From an uncultured Clostridia bacterium (GTDB lineage: Bacteria > Bacillota > Clostridia > Christensenellales > QALW01): DNA of 64,000 nucleotides. Positions within the stretch are counted from its first letter, which is position 1, and the number at the start of each line of letters is the position of its first letter. Positions 1-9,991 of this stretch are shown here, piece by piece. Below the pieces are notes generated by a model that searched no databases, was not told where the DNA came from, and saw only the letters and a program-made list of their open reading frames with translations. Where the stretch lies: positions 167,974 to 231,973 of the forward strand of contig CAKSKV010000001.1 of assembly GCA_934465535.1 (NCBI GenBank), given 5' to 3'. Made by a program: the position numbers and the translations under genes.

Positions 1-1
1 A

Positions 2-802
2 ATGAAACTTATAATGCTGGGTACCGGCAATGCAACGGCTACGGAATGCTATAATACCTGCTTTGTGCTTAAGGATGAGAAAAAATATTTTCTGGTGGAC
101 GGAGGCGGCGGAAGCCAACTGCTGCACCAGCTGAAATGCGCAGGCATTGCATGGTATGATATACGGGAGATTTTTGTAACGCATAAGCATATTGATCATC
201 TTTTGGGCATTGTGTGGATGGTAAGGATGATATTGCAGAATATGAGCCGCGGCACATATGCAGGGGAGGCCTTTATATACGGTCATGCCGAGGTCATAAC
301 GCTGCTTGAGAATATGGCGCGCGCTTTATTCAGCGAAAAGGAAACGGCCTTTATAGGTTCGCGCCTGCATCTTGTGCAGGTGAAGGACGGCCAAGAGAAG
401 ACAGTTATCGGACATGCCGTAACCTTTTTTGATATAGGCTCGGATAAAGCAAGGCAGTTCGGTTTTTCCATGCAGCTTTCAAAAGGCGAAAGGCTTGTTT
501 GCTGCGGCGATGAGCCGTACAGAGCCTGTGAAGAAAAATATGCAAAGGGCTGCAAATGGCTTATGCACGAGGCGTTTTGTCTGTATTCGCAGGCGGATGT
601 GTTTTTGCCGTATCAAAAAAAGCATTCCACAGTGGCCGATGCATGCAGAACCGCACAAAGCCTTCAGGTAAGCAATTTGGTGCTGTATCATACAGAGGAT
701 AAAAATATTGCTCAAAGGAAAACGCTGTATACCGCCGAAGGCAGAGAGTTTTACGGCGGACACCTTTATGTTCCCGACGATCTTGAAACGCTGGAGTTAT
801 AA
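2..802 (+). CDS. MBL-fold metallo-hydrolase (HxHxDH motif HKHIDH)
   Basis: 266-aa ORF; metallo-beta-lactamase fold motifs (TGNATATE..., HKHIDH). Confidence 0.7.
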   Translation: MKLIMLGTGNATATECYNTCFVLKDEKKYFLVDGGGGSQLLHQLKCAGIAWYDIREIFVTHKHIDHLLGIVWMVRMILQNMSRGTYAGEAFIYGHAEVITLLENMARALFSEKETAFIGSRLHLVQVKDGQEKTVIGHAVTFFDIGSDKARQFGFSMQLSKGERLVCCGDEPYRACEEKYAKGCKWLMHEAFCLYSQADVFLPYQKKHSTVADACRTAQSLQVSNLVLYHTEDKNIAQRKTLYTAEGREFYGGHLYVPDDLETLEL

Positions 803-991
803 ATGCGGTTTTAATTGAAACGGCGAAGTTTTAATATAAAAGTTCAATTTAAGTAAAAAATGATAAAACGGCAGTTGTCAAAAATCCGCCTCAATATGGT
901 GCGGAGGGACAGCTGCCGTTTTTTATTATGTGTCGGTTTTACAAAAACAGTGCGGCGTAAGGGTACATGCGCCCTTTTACGCATCATGGGA

Positions 992-1720
992 TCATCGCTT
1001 GATCTCGGCTGCACGCCGAAGCTCTGCAACCTCGCCGTTTTGAATTATGCCGGAATGGTTGAAGCTGAAGCAGTGCTCCGGCGATATTATTACATGGTCG
1101 TACACCCGCACATCTATGGTATTGAGCGCCTTTACGATATCGCGCGTCATTTCGACATCCTGACGGCTGGGTGTCGGGTCGCCGCTTGGATGGTTGTGCA
1201 TAAGTATAACACTGTGAGCCTGTGCGCTCAGACATTTTTCCACAACAAGCCGCGGATAAACGGTTACGGAATCGATGGTTCCCTTGGCAAGCTCCACCGT
1301 GCGCAGCAGCTTGCATTTGCTGTCAAGGCAAAGCAGATACATGCATTCATATTTTATGCCCTGATACAGTGACTGACCGTATTTGAATACGGCGCCGGTG
1401 CTGTTAAGAAACTGCTTTTCCCGTATTCTGTCCAGCTCATACCGCTTTGACAGGCGCGATATAAGGGAGAGCAGCACGGCGCTGTTCTGACTTATTCCCT
1501 TTATCATACAAAGCTCATCCACGGTTGCATCGGCTACCGCGCTGAAGGAACCGAAGGTATCCAATACGCGGTGCGCAAGTTCGTTGACATCACGGCGCGG
1601 AATGCTGTAAGTAAGCAGAAGTTCTATAACCTCATGGTCTGCAAAGGCGTCCAATGAGGCATCTATATATCGCTGTCTCAGTCTTTCTCTGTGCCCTTCG
1701 TGAGAACATTTTTCACTCAT
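992..1720 (-). CDS. radC: RadC-family JAB/MPN domain protein
   Basis: HNHPSGDPTPSRQD JAB motif; N-terminal HhH region; start taken at MSEK (ORF extends to 1759). Confidence 0.75.
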   Translation of the reverse strand: MSEKCSHEGHRERLRQRYIDASLDAFADHEVIELLLTYSIPRRDVNELAHRVLDTFGSFSAVADATVDELCMIKGISQNSAVLLSLISRLSKRYELDRIREKQFLNSTGAVFKYGQSLYQGIKYECMYLLCLDSKCKLLRTVELAKGTIDSVTVYPRLVVEKCLSAQAHSVILMHNHPSGDPTPSRQDVEMTRDIVKALNTIDVRVYDHVIISPEHCFSFNHSGIIQNGEVAELRRAAEIKR

Positions 1721-1949
1721 GCTGTTTGGCCTCCCCGTATTGCCTGAAAGTATTGCCATATGCCGTTATACACTTATGCTGAATATTTTACTACATTTCA
1801 AAAGCAATTTCAAGACTGAATTTACAAAACCGGTGCGGTTTCGTCAAAAGATTGCAAAGGGGATTTGCAGCACGAATAGAAATAATTATAACTGACGGAT
1901 AAATATGTAAGCATGGCCGCGGCAGCGGCTTAAGGATGGTGAAACTGTT

Positions 1950-2276
1950 TTGTACGGAACAATTGAAAGCAGAAACGATTTTGTCGTATATCTGGACGGA
2001 GAGCTTGATCATTGCCGCGCCGAGGCGCTTAGGGATCAAGTGGACAAGACGCTGGAAAATGTCAGCTGCAAAAGGGTCATATTTGATATGTCACAGGTGA
2101 CATTTATGGACAGCTCGGGAGTGGGCTTTCTGATAGGCCGATATAAAAAGCTCATACCCAAGGGGTGCATAGTTGCGCTTCGCGGAGCAACGGACGCAGT
2201 GGACAGAATACTGGATATTTCGGGGATATATAAGATCATCCGTTTGTGCAATGAACAGGAAAGCAAGGTCGGATAA
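1950..2276 (+). CDS. spoIIAA: anti-sigma-F factor antagonist SpoIIAA (STAS domain)
   Basis: STAS motif FMDSSGVGFL; first gene of spoIIA operon; TTG start per ORF track. Confidence 0.85.
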   Translation: MYGTIESRNDFVVYLDGELDHCRAEALRDQVDKTLENVSCKRVIFDMSQVTFMDSSGVGFLIGRYKKLIPKGCIVALRGATDAVDRILDISGIYKIIRLCNEQESKVG

Positions 2277-2356
2277 AATATTATGCGTTCCCTAAAATAG
2301 GCTATCACAGGAAAAAATCTGATCCCACAGCAATGCGGGACAGGCGGAGGGATAAA

Positions 2357-2806
2357 ATGAAAAACGGAAAAAATTCAATGAAGCTGGAGTTTTATGCAAG
2401 CCCGGAAAACGAGACATTGGCAAGAGTGTGCATAGCGGCATTTGCATCGAGGCTTAACCCGCCGGTTGAAAAAATAATTGAAATTAAAACGGCGGTCAGC
2501 GAGGCGGTTACAAACGCTGTTGTGCACGGGTACGGCTCCGATGGAGGCGCGGTCACATTGTCGGCATACATAAGGGGGAATACGCTGCATATATCCGTAA
2601 GCGACAGAGGAAGGGGCATTGAGGATGTTGAAAAAGCCATGCAGCCCTTTTATACCACCGCGCCGGAGTATGAACGCTCCGGCATGGGCTTTTCCGTTAT
2701 GGAAAGCTTTATGGACAGCGTAAGGGTAAAATCCGTTCCCGGCAAGGGAACCACCGTTAAAATGAGTAAGGTAATCAACGAGGTCTCTGATGACACAAAA
2801 GCTTGA
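2357..2806 (+). CDS. spoIIAB: anti-sigma-F factor / serine kinase SpoIIAB
   Basis: HATPase motifs (EAVTNAVVHGY, DRGRGI); N-terminus MKNGKNSMKLEF matches B. subtilis SpoIIAB start; overlaps sigF. Confidence 0.85.
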   Translation: MKNGKNSMKLEFYASPENETLARVCIAAFASRLNPPVEKIIEIKTAVSEAVTNAVVHGYGSDGGAVTLSAYIRGNTLHISVSDRGRGIEDVEKAMQPFYTTAPEYERSGMGFSVMESFMDSVRVKSVPGKGTTVKMSKVINEVSDDTKA

Positions 2807-3524
2807 TTATGGCAGCGAGAATTCCCGGGAATTGCTCGCTGCGGCCAAAAACGGCGATAAACAGGCGGCGGATAAGCTGGTAGAGCTTAATACGCCTCTT
2901 GTAAAATCAATGGTGCGGCGGTTTTCGTGCTGCAGCCAGGCCGATCGCGACGATCTTATGCAGATAGGCTTTGTGGGACTTATAAAGGCCATAAAGGGCT
3001 TTGATCCCACATACGGAGTAAGGTTTTCCACCTATGCCGTTCCGATGATAATCGGGGAAATAAAGCGTTACCTGCGGGACGGCGGAGCAGTGCGTATAGC
3101 GCGCTCGATCAAGGAGCTTAGGCAGCGCATAAAGGCCTTTACGGCGGAGTATGCATCAAAAAACGGAACCGAGGCCACGCTGGATGAGGTGTGCGGCGCT
3201 TTGGGGTGCAGCCGGGAAGCCGCGTTGGAGGCATTGGAATCGGGCAATGCCGCCGTTTCTCTGGAGCAGCCCATATTCGGCGACGGAACTCAGGACTGCC
3301 TTATGGACAGACTGGAAAGCAGAAGCGGCCCGGATGCGCTGGATATAATCCAGCTTCGTCAGTGTCTGAATGAGCTTACAAAAGAGGAAAAGCAAATAAT
3401 TGCAATGCGCTATTTTGAGGACAGGACGCAATCTGCCATAGCTGCGGTGCTGGGGACTTCGCAGGTGCAGGTGTCAAGAATGGAAAGCCGGATAATAAAA
3501 AAACTGAGGGCAAGAATGAAATAG
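2790..3524 (+). CDS. sigF: sporulation sigma factor SigF
   Basis: sigma-70 regions 2-4; third gene of spoIIA operon. Confidence 0.9.
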   Translation: MTQKLDYGSENSRELLAAAKNGDKQAADKLVELNTPLVKSMVRRFSCCSQADRDDLMQIGFVGLIKAIKGFDPTYGVRFSTYAVPMIIGEIKRYLRDGGAVRIARSIKELRQRIKAFTAEYASKNGTEATLDEVCGALGCSREAALEALESGNAAVSLEQPIFGDGTQDCLMDRLESRSGPDALDIIQLRQCLNELTKEEKQIIAMRYFEDRTQSAIAAVLGTSQVQVSRMESRIIKKLRARMK

Positions 3525-3842
3525 AATCATAGTGTTTCCGGCTTTTTGAAAGCATCGGCGCACTGCCGTACTGACGGCGCTGAGAAGCAAAAGCACATGT
3601 TTTGATTAAACGGTGCAAAAATGAGTATAATAACCGCACGGAGGCTTTCGCGCGGTTTTTATTTTATGCGCGAAGGCCGGTGCAAAAAATCTTGAAACCA
3701 CGCCGAAGAAAGGAAATAAGCACGGCAATGAACAAAAATGCAAGGCAAAGCAGCGCCTGTATAATTGAAGCGGCTCAGGGGCTGTGGAACGGGCTGAATC
3801 ATGAGGATAAGGATATATATATGCAGGGACAAAGCTATAAAC

Positions 3843-4307
3843 ATGAAAGGAACCGGTAAAATGAAAAGCGGCAAAAACAATAACAGCTATGCCGAATATG
3901 TTGAAAGGATATCGCCTCCGAGCCATGTACTGCGGGATTGTTTGCGTGCCTTTTGGGTGGGAGGCGTCATATGCTGCATAGGTCAGAGCATTACATTGCT
4001 GCTCTCTGCGGTGCTGCCGGAAAAGGAGGCTGTGTGCTGGAGCTCGATACTGCTTGTGTTTTTGGGAGCATTGCTTACGGGCATCGGGCTGTATGCCAAA
4101 ATCGGCAAATATGCAGGCGCGGGCAGCATAGTGCCTATAACTGGCTTTTCCAACAGTATTGTGGCTTCCGCCATTGAATTCAAGCAGGAGGGGCTGGTTA
4201 TGGGGGTGGGCAGCAAGCTGTTTACGGTGGCGGGGCCGGTGCTGGTTTACGGTATATCCGCCTCCGTTATTGCCGGAGTTATATATTATATTTTCGGATT
4301 GTACTGA
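3843..4307 (+). CDS. spoVAC: stage V sporulation protein AC
   Basis: 4-TM protein with SIVPITGFSNSIVASAIEFKQEG motif typical of SpoVAC; start uncertain (ORF from 3801). Confidence 0.8.
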   Translation: MKGTGKMKSGKNNNSYAEYVERISPPSHVLRDCLRAFWVGGVICCIGQSITLLLSAVLPEKEAVCWSSILLVFLGALLTGIGLYAKIGKYAGAGSIVPITGFSNSIVASAIEFKQEGLVMGVGSKLFTVAGPVLVYGISASVIAGVIYYIFGLY

Positions 4308-4409
4308 TATATCAATTAAAGCGTGCCGTATTGCGGTATGAGAAGACCGAAAAAACACCTAAAAAGGCAGCGCTTTTACAGCAATGCAAAAGGACGGAAT
4401 AAAAGAAAA

Positions 4410-5417
4410 ATGACCGGAAAGCAAACCGTTATTATAAAAAACGGGGTATATATTACCTGCGGCTTTACCTGCGTGGGGCAAAAGGAAAGTCAGGGGCCGT
4501 TAGGCGAATATTTTGATGTGTGCCTTAAGGACGATAAATGGGGGGAGCGTTCCTTTGAAAAGGCGGAGAGAAAAATGTTCAAGGCGGTGCTGCACGGATG
4601 CATGAAAAGAGCCGGTACATCGGCACCGGAGGTGGACGCGGTTTTTGCGGGAGATCTGTTAAACCAGACAATAAGCGCGTCTTTTTCGGCGTTGGATTTT
4701 GACGGGTCGTATATAGGCCTGTACGGTGCGTGCTCAACCATGGCGCTTAGCATGGGGCTTGCCGCCTGCATGATAGACGGAGGCAGCATAGACAGCGCGG
4801 TGTGCGTTACCGGCTCGCATTTCTGCACTGCGGAAAGGCAGTACCGTATGCCGCTGTATATGGGAACGCAGCGCACGCCGACGGCGCAATGGACCGTTAC
4901 GGGAACGGGCGGAGCATATCTTAGCCGAAAAAACACCGGAGCCTGCATAAAAGCGGTAACATACGGCAGGGTTATGGATGAGGGAATCAGCGATGCAAAC
5001 AATATGGGGGCGGCTATGGCGCCGGCTGCGGCGGATACGATAAAGCGGCATTTTGCGGCAACAGCGACAGCGGCGGAGGATTATGATGCCGTTGTTACCG
5101 GGGATCTTGGCAAGCTGGGCAGAAGAATATGCGCAGAGCTGCTGCAAAGAGATAAAATAGTGCTTGGAGAAAAGCTGATTGACTGCGGGTGCATGATATA
5201 TTCGGAAAAGCAGGATATGCATATGGGGGGCAGCGGGTGCGGCTGCTCGGCGGCGGTGATGAATGCCTGCATTATACCCAAAATACGCACAGGTGCGCTT
5301 AAAAGGGTGCTTTTTGCGGGTACAGGCGCGCTTATGAGTCTGACCAGCTCCATGCAGGGGGAAAATATCCCTGCGGTAGCGCATGCCGTGCAGATAGAGC
5401 ACTGCGCCGTGCAGTGA
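4410..5417 (+). CDS. spoVAD: stage V sporulation protein AD
   Basis: thiolase-like SpoVAD family; follows spoVAC; start at MTGKQ. Confidence 0.8.
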   Translation: MTGKQTVIIKNGVYITCGFTCVGQKESQGPLGEYFDVCLKDDKWGERSFEKAERKMFKAVLHGCMKRAGTSAPEVDAVFAGDLLNQTISASFSALDFDGSYIGLYGACSTMALSMGLAACMIDGGSIDSAVCVTGSHFCTAERQYRMPLYMGTQRTPTAQWTVTGTGGAYLSRKNTGACIKAVTYGRVMDEGISDANNMGAAMAPAAADTIKRHFAATATAAEDYDAVVTGDLGKLGRRICAELLQRDKIVLGEKLIDCGCMIYSEKQDMHMGGSGCGCSAAVMNACIIPKIRTGALKRVLFAGTGALMSLTSSMQGENIPAVAHAVQIEHCAVQ

Positions 5418-5495
5418 AGGGCAGGATAAAAAGCATTAAAAATGCAAAAAAACACGCAGAAAAACCGCTAAAAACAGTAAAAAACAGGTGGAAAA

Positions 5496-5864
5496 ATGGA
5501 TATTTTTTTAACTTATCTTAAGGTGTTCGCGGTGGGCGGAGCAATATGCGCAGTGTGCCAGATGATAATTGACAAAACAAAGCTTACCTCTTCGCGGATA
5601 CTTGTGGGACTGGTGACCATGGGAGTGCTGCTCAGCGCACTTGGCATTTACGGTCCGTTTGCGGAGTTTGCAAAGGCGGGGGCCACCGTGCCGCTGCTGG
5701 GCTTCGGACACTCGCTTTTTCAGGGGGTGCTGGAGGGAATAAGGGAAAGAGGCTTGCTGGGAGTGCTGACCGGGGGAGTTACCGCTACGGCGGGAGGAAT
5801 TGCGGCAGCGGTGTTTTTCGGCTATGTCAATGCTCTCATATTTGATTCCGGCACCAAAAAATAA
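5496..5864 (+). CDS. spoVAE: stage V sporulation protein AE (AEB-type)
   Basis: small membrane protein homologous to SpoVAEB; third gene of spoVA cluster. Confidence 0.8.
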   Translation: MDIFLTYLKVFAVGGAICAVCQMIIDKTKLTSSRILVGLVTMGVLLSALGIYGPFAEFAKAGATVPLLGFGHSLFQGVLEGIRERGLLGVLTGGVTATAGGIAAAVFFGYVNALIFDSGTKK

Positions 5865-6150
5865 CGCTTGATTTGCGCCGTTATAAATTGCACAGTTATA
5901 AAAAGAATCGGGCAGCAGTTGCTGCGCCGTAAGTACAAAATTGCATCACCCCGTGTCGGCTTTGACGCGACGGGGTGTTTTTTTATGCCGATAACAGCGA
6001 ATATTCGACCGAAAATGGTTTTTTGCTTGTTTGCCCGCGGGCGATTCGCTCGCAATTTAGCCGGAATTATGATAAAATATTTATAATACGGTTGGCTTTG
6101 GATATAACGGTTTTGCGGGCTGCTGAAGCCGCAAAAATAAGGAGAGCGCG

Positions 6151-6996
6151 ATGCGTTTTATGATACCCGACAGGGAGATATGCGTTGAAAAAATCAGAAT
6201 TCCTTCAAAGGGGCGTAAAATGCCGGCGCTGGTGCTGTATCCAAAGCAAAGGCCCGAACCGGCAACGGGGGTGTTGTGGATCCACGGCGGAGGTTACATA
6301 ACCGGGATGAAGGAAATGGTGCATATGTCAAGAGCTGTCGACCTTGTTAAACGCTTCGGCGCGGCGGTGATATCGCCGGGGTACCGCTTGGCGCCGTTTT
6401 CGCCCTATCCGGCGGCTGCGGAGGATTGCTATGCGGCGCTGTTGTACCTTAAGGAGCATGCTGCGGAAATAGGCGTGCGCGAGAATCAGATAATGGTTGG
6501 CGGAGAAAGCGCGGGCGGCGGGCTGTGCGCTGCGGTATGCATAATGGCGCGGGACAGGGGAGAGGTAAATGTGGCGTTTCAGATGCCGCTGTACCCCATG
6601 CTGGATGACAGGGATACGGAAAGCTCAAGAGATAATCACGGCAAGGTGTGGAACACACGAAAAAACCATATGGCATGGCGCTGCTATCTGCGCGGACAGG
6701 ATAGGGAGAATTTATCCCCTTATGCAGCGCCGGCGCGCCTTGAGGATTTTTCCGGTCTGCCGCCTGCATACACCTTTGTGTGCGACGGCGAGCCGTTTTA
6801 TGCAGAGACGATGGGTTATGTACAAAAGCTCAGGGTCTGCGGCATTCCGGCGGAGGCGGATGTATATCATTCCGATATGCACGCCTTTGACATGCTGCGG
6901 CCCGGACTTGAGATAAGCCGTGAGGCGGTAAGGCGGTTTGGCGAACGGTTTGCTTATGCGCAGGCGCATTATTTTGCGCCGCAAAAGAAAAGGTAA
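6151..6996 (+). CDS. alpha/beta hydrolase (HSL-type esterase/lipase)
   Basis: HGGGY oxyanion motif and GESAGG nucleophile elbow. Confidence 0.7.
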   Translation: MRFMIPDREICVEKIRIPSKGRKMPALVLYPKQRPEPATGVLWIHGGGYITGMKEMVHMSRAVDLVKRFGAAVISPGYRLAPFSPYPAAAEDCYAALLYLKEHAAEIGVRENQIMVGGESAGGGLCAAVCIMARDRGEVNVAFQMPLYPMLDDRDTESSRDNHGKVWNTRKNHMAWRCYLRGQDRENLSPYAAPARLEDFSGLPPAYTFVCDGEPFYAETMGYVQKLRVCGIPAEADVYHSDMHAFDMLRPGLEISREAVRRFGERFAYAQAHYFAPQKKR

Positions 6997-7099
6997 ACGG
7001 GGATGCTTGCGCGGCAAGCGCAAAGAAGGGGCTTATAGCTTATCAAATATATAAAATCAAAAGCGGTCGGATAAAACGCAAATTAAGGAGACGGCGTAT

Positions 7100-7537
7100 A
7101 TGAACGATAATGAAATAGGACGGCAGATGTATGAAAGAGCGGCGGAATTTGTAAACCGAAGATTTCCTTCCGGATGGGGCGGCTGCGCGGTAGCCTATAC
7201 ACAGGAGGGACAGTATCTGATATCAGTAGCGTTGGAGTGCTTCAACAGCGGTGCGGGGTTATGCATGGAAACCGGCGCGATGTGCCAGGCGCAGAAGCTG
7301 GATCTGCGCATAACACATTCATTATGCATTTCAAGAGAAGACACGGGCGAAGAATTCAAAATACTGACTGCGTGCGGCATATGTCAGGAAAGGCTCAGGT
7401 ATTGGGGAGAAAATGTAAAAGTAGCAGTAACTAACCCGGAGAATAAAATTATATTCAAAACATTGGCGGAGCTGTCGCCATGTTATTGGGGAGAGGCGTT
7501 TCCGAAGGAGGAACGGGAGGAATATGATAATCGGTGA
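7100..7537 (+). CDS. cytidine/deoxycytidylate deaminase-like zinc-binding protein
   Basis: CME...ACGICQE motifs resembling CAE/PCxxC deaminase zinc ligands. Confidence 0.5.
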   Translation: MNDNEIGRQMYERAAEFVNRRFPSGWGGCAVAYTQEGQYLISVALECFNSGAGLCMETGAMCQAQKLDLRITHSLCISREDTGEEFKILTACGICQERLRYWGENVKVAVTNPENKIIFKTLAELSPCYWGEAFPKEEREEYDNR

Positions 7538-7625
7538 GGCGGCGTATTTGTAAAAGAAGCTGCGTTTTACAAGATAAAAAGCAATTCTCGGCTTTGTTAT
7601 AAGCCGACAGCATATAAGGAGAAAA

Positions 7626-8102
7626 ATGTTCAGAGAGATAAGAAACAGAAAAAAGGAAACGGATATTAAGACGGCGGAGGCGCTGCTGATAAACAGCCGC
7701 ATTGGTGTTTTGGCCGTAAACGGCGACAACGGCTACCCGTATGCGATACCGATCAATTATATCTATGATAAGGATGCCCGGAAAATATATTTTCACGGGG
7801 CAAAGGCAGGGCATAAGGCAGACGCTTTGCGTGCTTGTGATAAGGTGTGCTTTACCGTTTACGGAAAGGAAACCGTAAAAGAAGAGGCATGGGCACCGTT
7901 TGTGCAAAGCACGGTGGTGTTCGGCAGGTGTCGGTTTATAAAGGAAGGATCTGAGGCGGAGGCACTGCTTGGCCGTTTGGCAATGAAGTATTACCCGGAT
8001 GAGCAGACGGTACGGGAGGAAATTGCCCGCGCGGGCAAGGCGGTACAGATGTTTGAAATAGAGGTAGAGCATATCAGCGGCAAGGAGATACAGGAGCGCT
8101 GA
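7626..8102 (+). CDS. pyridoxamine 5'-phosphate oxidase-like FMN-binding protein (NimA-like)
   Basis: PNPOx split-barrel family sequence features. Confidence 0.7.
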   Translation: MFREIRNRKKETDIKTAEALLINSRIGVLAVNGDNGYPYAIPINYIYDKDARKIYFHGAKAGHKADALRACDKVCFTVYGKETVKEEAWAPFVQSTVVFGRCRFIKEGSEAEALLGRLAMKYYPDEQTVREEIARAGKAVQMFEIEVEHISGKEIQER

Positions 8103-8216
8103 GCCGCCGGCGGGCGGGGCTGCATTGTGCCGATGTGATGAAGCAAGGGCGGAGATTGCCGATGCGCCGGCAAAGGCACGCAGCTGCACGGAACAAAGGA
8201 AACGGAAGGCAGCGTT

Positions 8217-8963
8217 TTACCGCGCGAGATATTCGTCAAATTCCTCGCGGCTGCCGTTAAAGACATTCATATTCATATCGATAAAGCGTTCCCTGCCGTT
8301 ATAGCCCTTGAGGCGGGCGCGGTCGTTATATTGCCAAAAGCGCCAGCTTTCCTTTGGGCTTACCGGCAGGTATACGCTGCGGATCCAAAGGTCGCAATCG
8401 TCAAAATCAGAGCCGAGAATGCTGTTTTTTGCCGCCTGCGTGGTGTAGATGACGGGGGTTTTATTATAAATACGGCGCAGACCGTCCACAAAGCCGCGCA
8501 GCTCGCGCTTTACGGCGGCTGCATCAATGTCGCGGGCAGAGCGGAAGCTGCCGTAAAATTCAACATCCACAACGGGAGGAAGCATGCCGGAAAGGTCACC
8601 CGTTACGGCGTGAAAATGCTCAAGCTGCGTGGAGAACGGGGATTCAAAGCTGAAAAAATGGTATGCGCCCGCCGCGAGTCCCGCGTCTAAAGCGCCTTTA
8701 ATGTTTGCGGCATATTGAGGATCGGTGTACGATGAGCCCTCGGTGGCCTTTATAAAGGCAAAGGAAATGCCCTGAGAAGCAAGCAGCGGCCAGTCGGCCT
8801 GCCCTTGGTGGGCGGAAATATCCACGCCCTTTACGGGATATTTACTGCCCGGCTCGTTGAAACGGAGAATGCCCTGGAAAAAGAGCACAAGGATAAGCAG
8901 GATGACTGCAATGACGGTGCACGATGAAATAAGCAGCCAAAGCCGCGTTTTACGCTTTAACAT
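8217..8963 (-). CDS. GH25 family lysozyme (muramidase), membrane-anchored
   Basis: GVDISAHQG...FAFIKATEG GH25 motifs; N-terminal TM helix; strong RBS AAGGAGA before ATG at 8963. Confidence 0.8.
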   Translation of the reverse strand: MLKRKTRLWLLISSCTVIAVILLILVLFFQGILRFNEPGSKYPVKGVDISAHQGQADWPLLASQGISFAFIKATEGSSYTDPQYAANIKGALDAGLAAGAYHFFSFESPFSTQLEHFHAVTGDLSGMLPPVVDVEFYGSFRSARDIDAAAVKRELRGFVDGLRRIYNKTPVIYTTQAAKNSILGSDFDDCDLWIRSVYLPVSPKESWRFWQYNDRARLKGYNGRERFIDMNMNVFNGSREEFDEYLAR

Positions 8964-9238
8964 ACAGGTCTCCTTGGAATTGCGGCAAAAGCCGATTTGC
9001 ATAAGTATAGCATATAACGCTTATAAAAACAATACCGCGGCACAAAGACCGTAAAAAGCGAAAAAGGGCATTTGCCGATTTGCGCCGCCTGAGGTACAGC
9101 AAAGAGAGGAAAAGAGTTGAAAATTGCCCGGCATTGTGGTATTATATTAACCTGATAATGCTGCGCAAAATTGCATGTCGGCAAAGTTTTTTGCCGCCGG
9201 AGCAAAGAAAAGCGCATATAACGGAAAAGAGGCTTTTT

Positions 9239-9991
9239 ATGAAGGACAATATACCCGCCGGGAGCGAGGATGTTAAAGAGCGGGAAAAACTGAAGGAGAC
9301 GGCTTGCACGGCAGGGGAGGCTGCATCGGATGCACGGGCCTGCACGGAGGAAAACGCCTTAGTAAACGAAAACGAAACGGAACTGTACGGCGACGAAACG
9401 AAGCCTTCGGAAGGCAATGCGGCATCAGGGGGCAGCGGCACTTTTTCCGAGGAGATAACGGGAATTGATACCTCCTTTGAGCAGAGCGTACGCAAGCCGG
9501 ATTACACGCAGGACAAAAAGCGGTATCGGCTTTACAACATAATGATGTATGTAAGCATTGCGGCGGCGGGCATGGGAGTTGTTTTCCTGCTGCTGGGCGC
9601 ATATGTTTTCGGAGCGGCGGATATTGTGTTCTGGGCGGGGCTTACGGTGCTGTTTTATCATCTTAAGGACGGCGCCGTGATTGAATACGATTATGAATTT
9701 TCCGACGGCGCACTGCGTATTGCGCGCATAAGCAACGGTGAAAAGCGCAAGGAGCTGCTTTGCGCGGAGTGCGGAAAAATTGAGAGCATTGCGCCGCTTA
9801 ATACGGAAGATATCAAACGCATGGCAGAGACGGGAGAACGCAAAATAAAGGATTATTCCCTTAATGAAGACAGCAGGAAATACTGTGTGCTGTGCAGCGT
9901 TAAAAATGAAAAGCTGGCTGTGATATGGGAACCGAAGCAGTCGCTTCTGCGCCTTATACGCCGCGAGATGCCAAGGTCGGTGACGCTATGA
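9239..9991 (+). CDS. hypothetical membrane protein (acidic N-terminus, 2 TM, Cys-containing C-terminal domain)
   Basis: ORF with TM hairpin; start at MKDN; no recognised family. Confidence 0.5.
   Translation: MKDNIPAGSEDVKEREKLKETACTAGEAASDARACTEENALVNENETELYGDETKPSEGNAASGGSGTFSEEITGIDTSFEQSVRKPDYTQDKKRYRLYNIMMYVSIAAAGMGVVFLLLGAYVFGAADIVFWAGLTVLFYHLKDGAVIEYDYEFSDGALRIARISNGEKRKELLCAECGKIESIAPLNTEDIKRMAETGERKIKDYSLNEDSRKYCVLCSVKNEKLAVIWEPKQSLLRLIRREMPRSVTL

Noticed and set aside
1850-1949. Sigma-H-type promoter for spoIIA (AGGGGATTT ... GAAT)
   Set aside because: A partial -35-like match only. The spacing to a GAAT -10 does not fit the consensus, so I did not annotate it.
3780-3842. Forespore sigma-F/G promoter upstream of spoVAC
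   Set aside because: There are A/T-rich GNATA-like and CTATAAA-like elements, but the spacing is ambiguous and I cannot choose between candidate start codons (3843 vs 3864).
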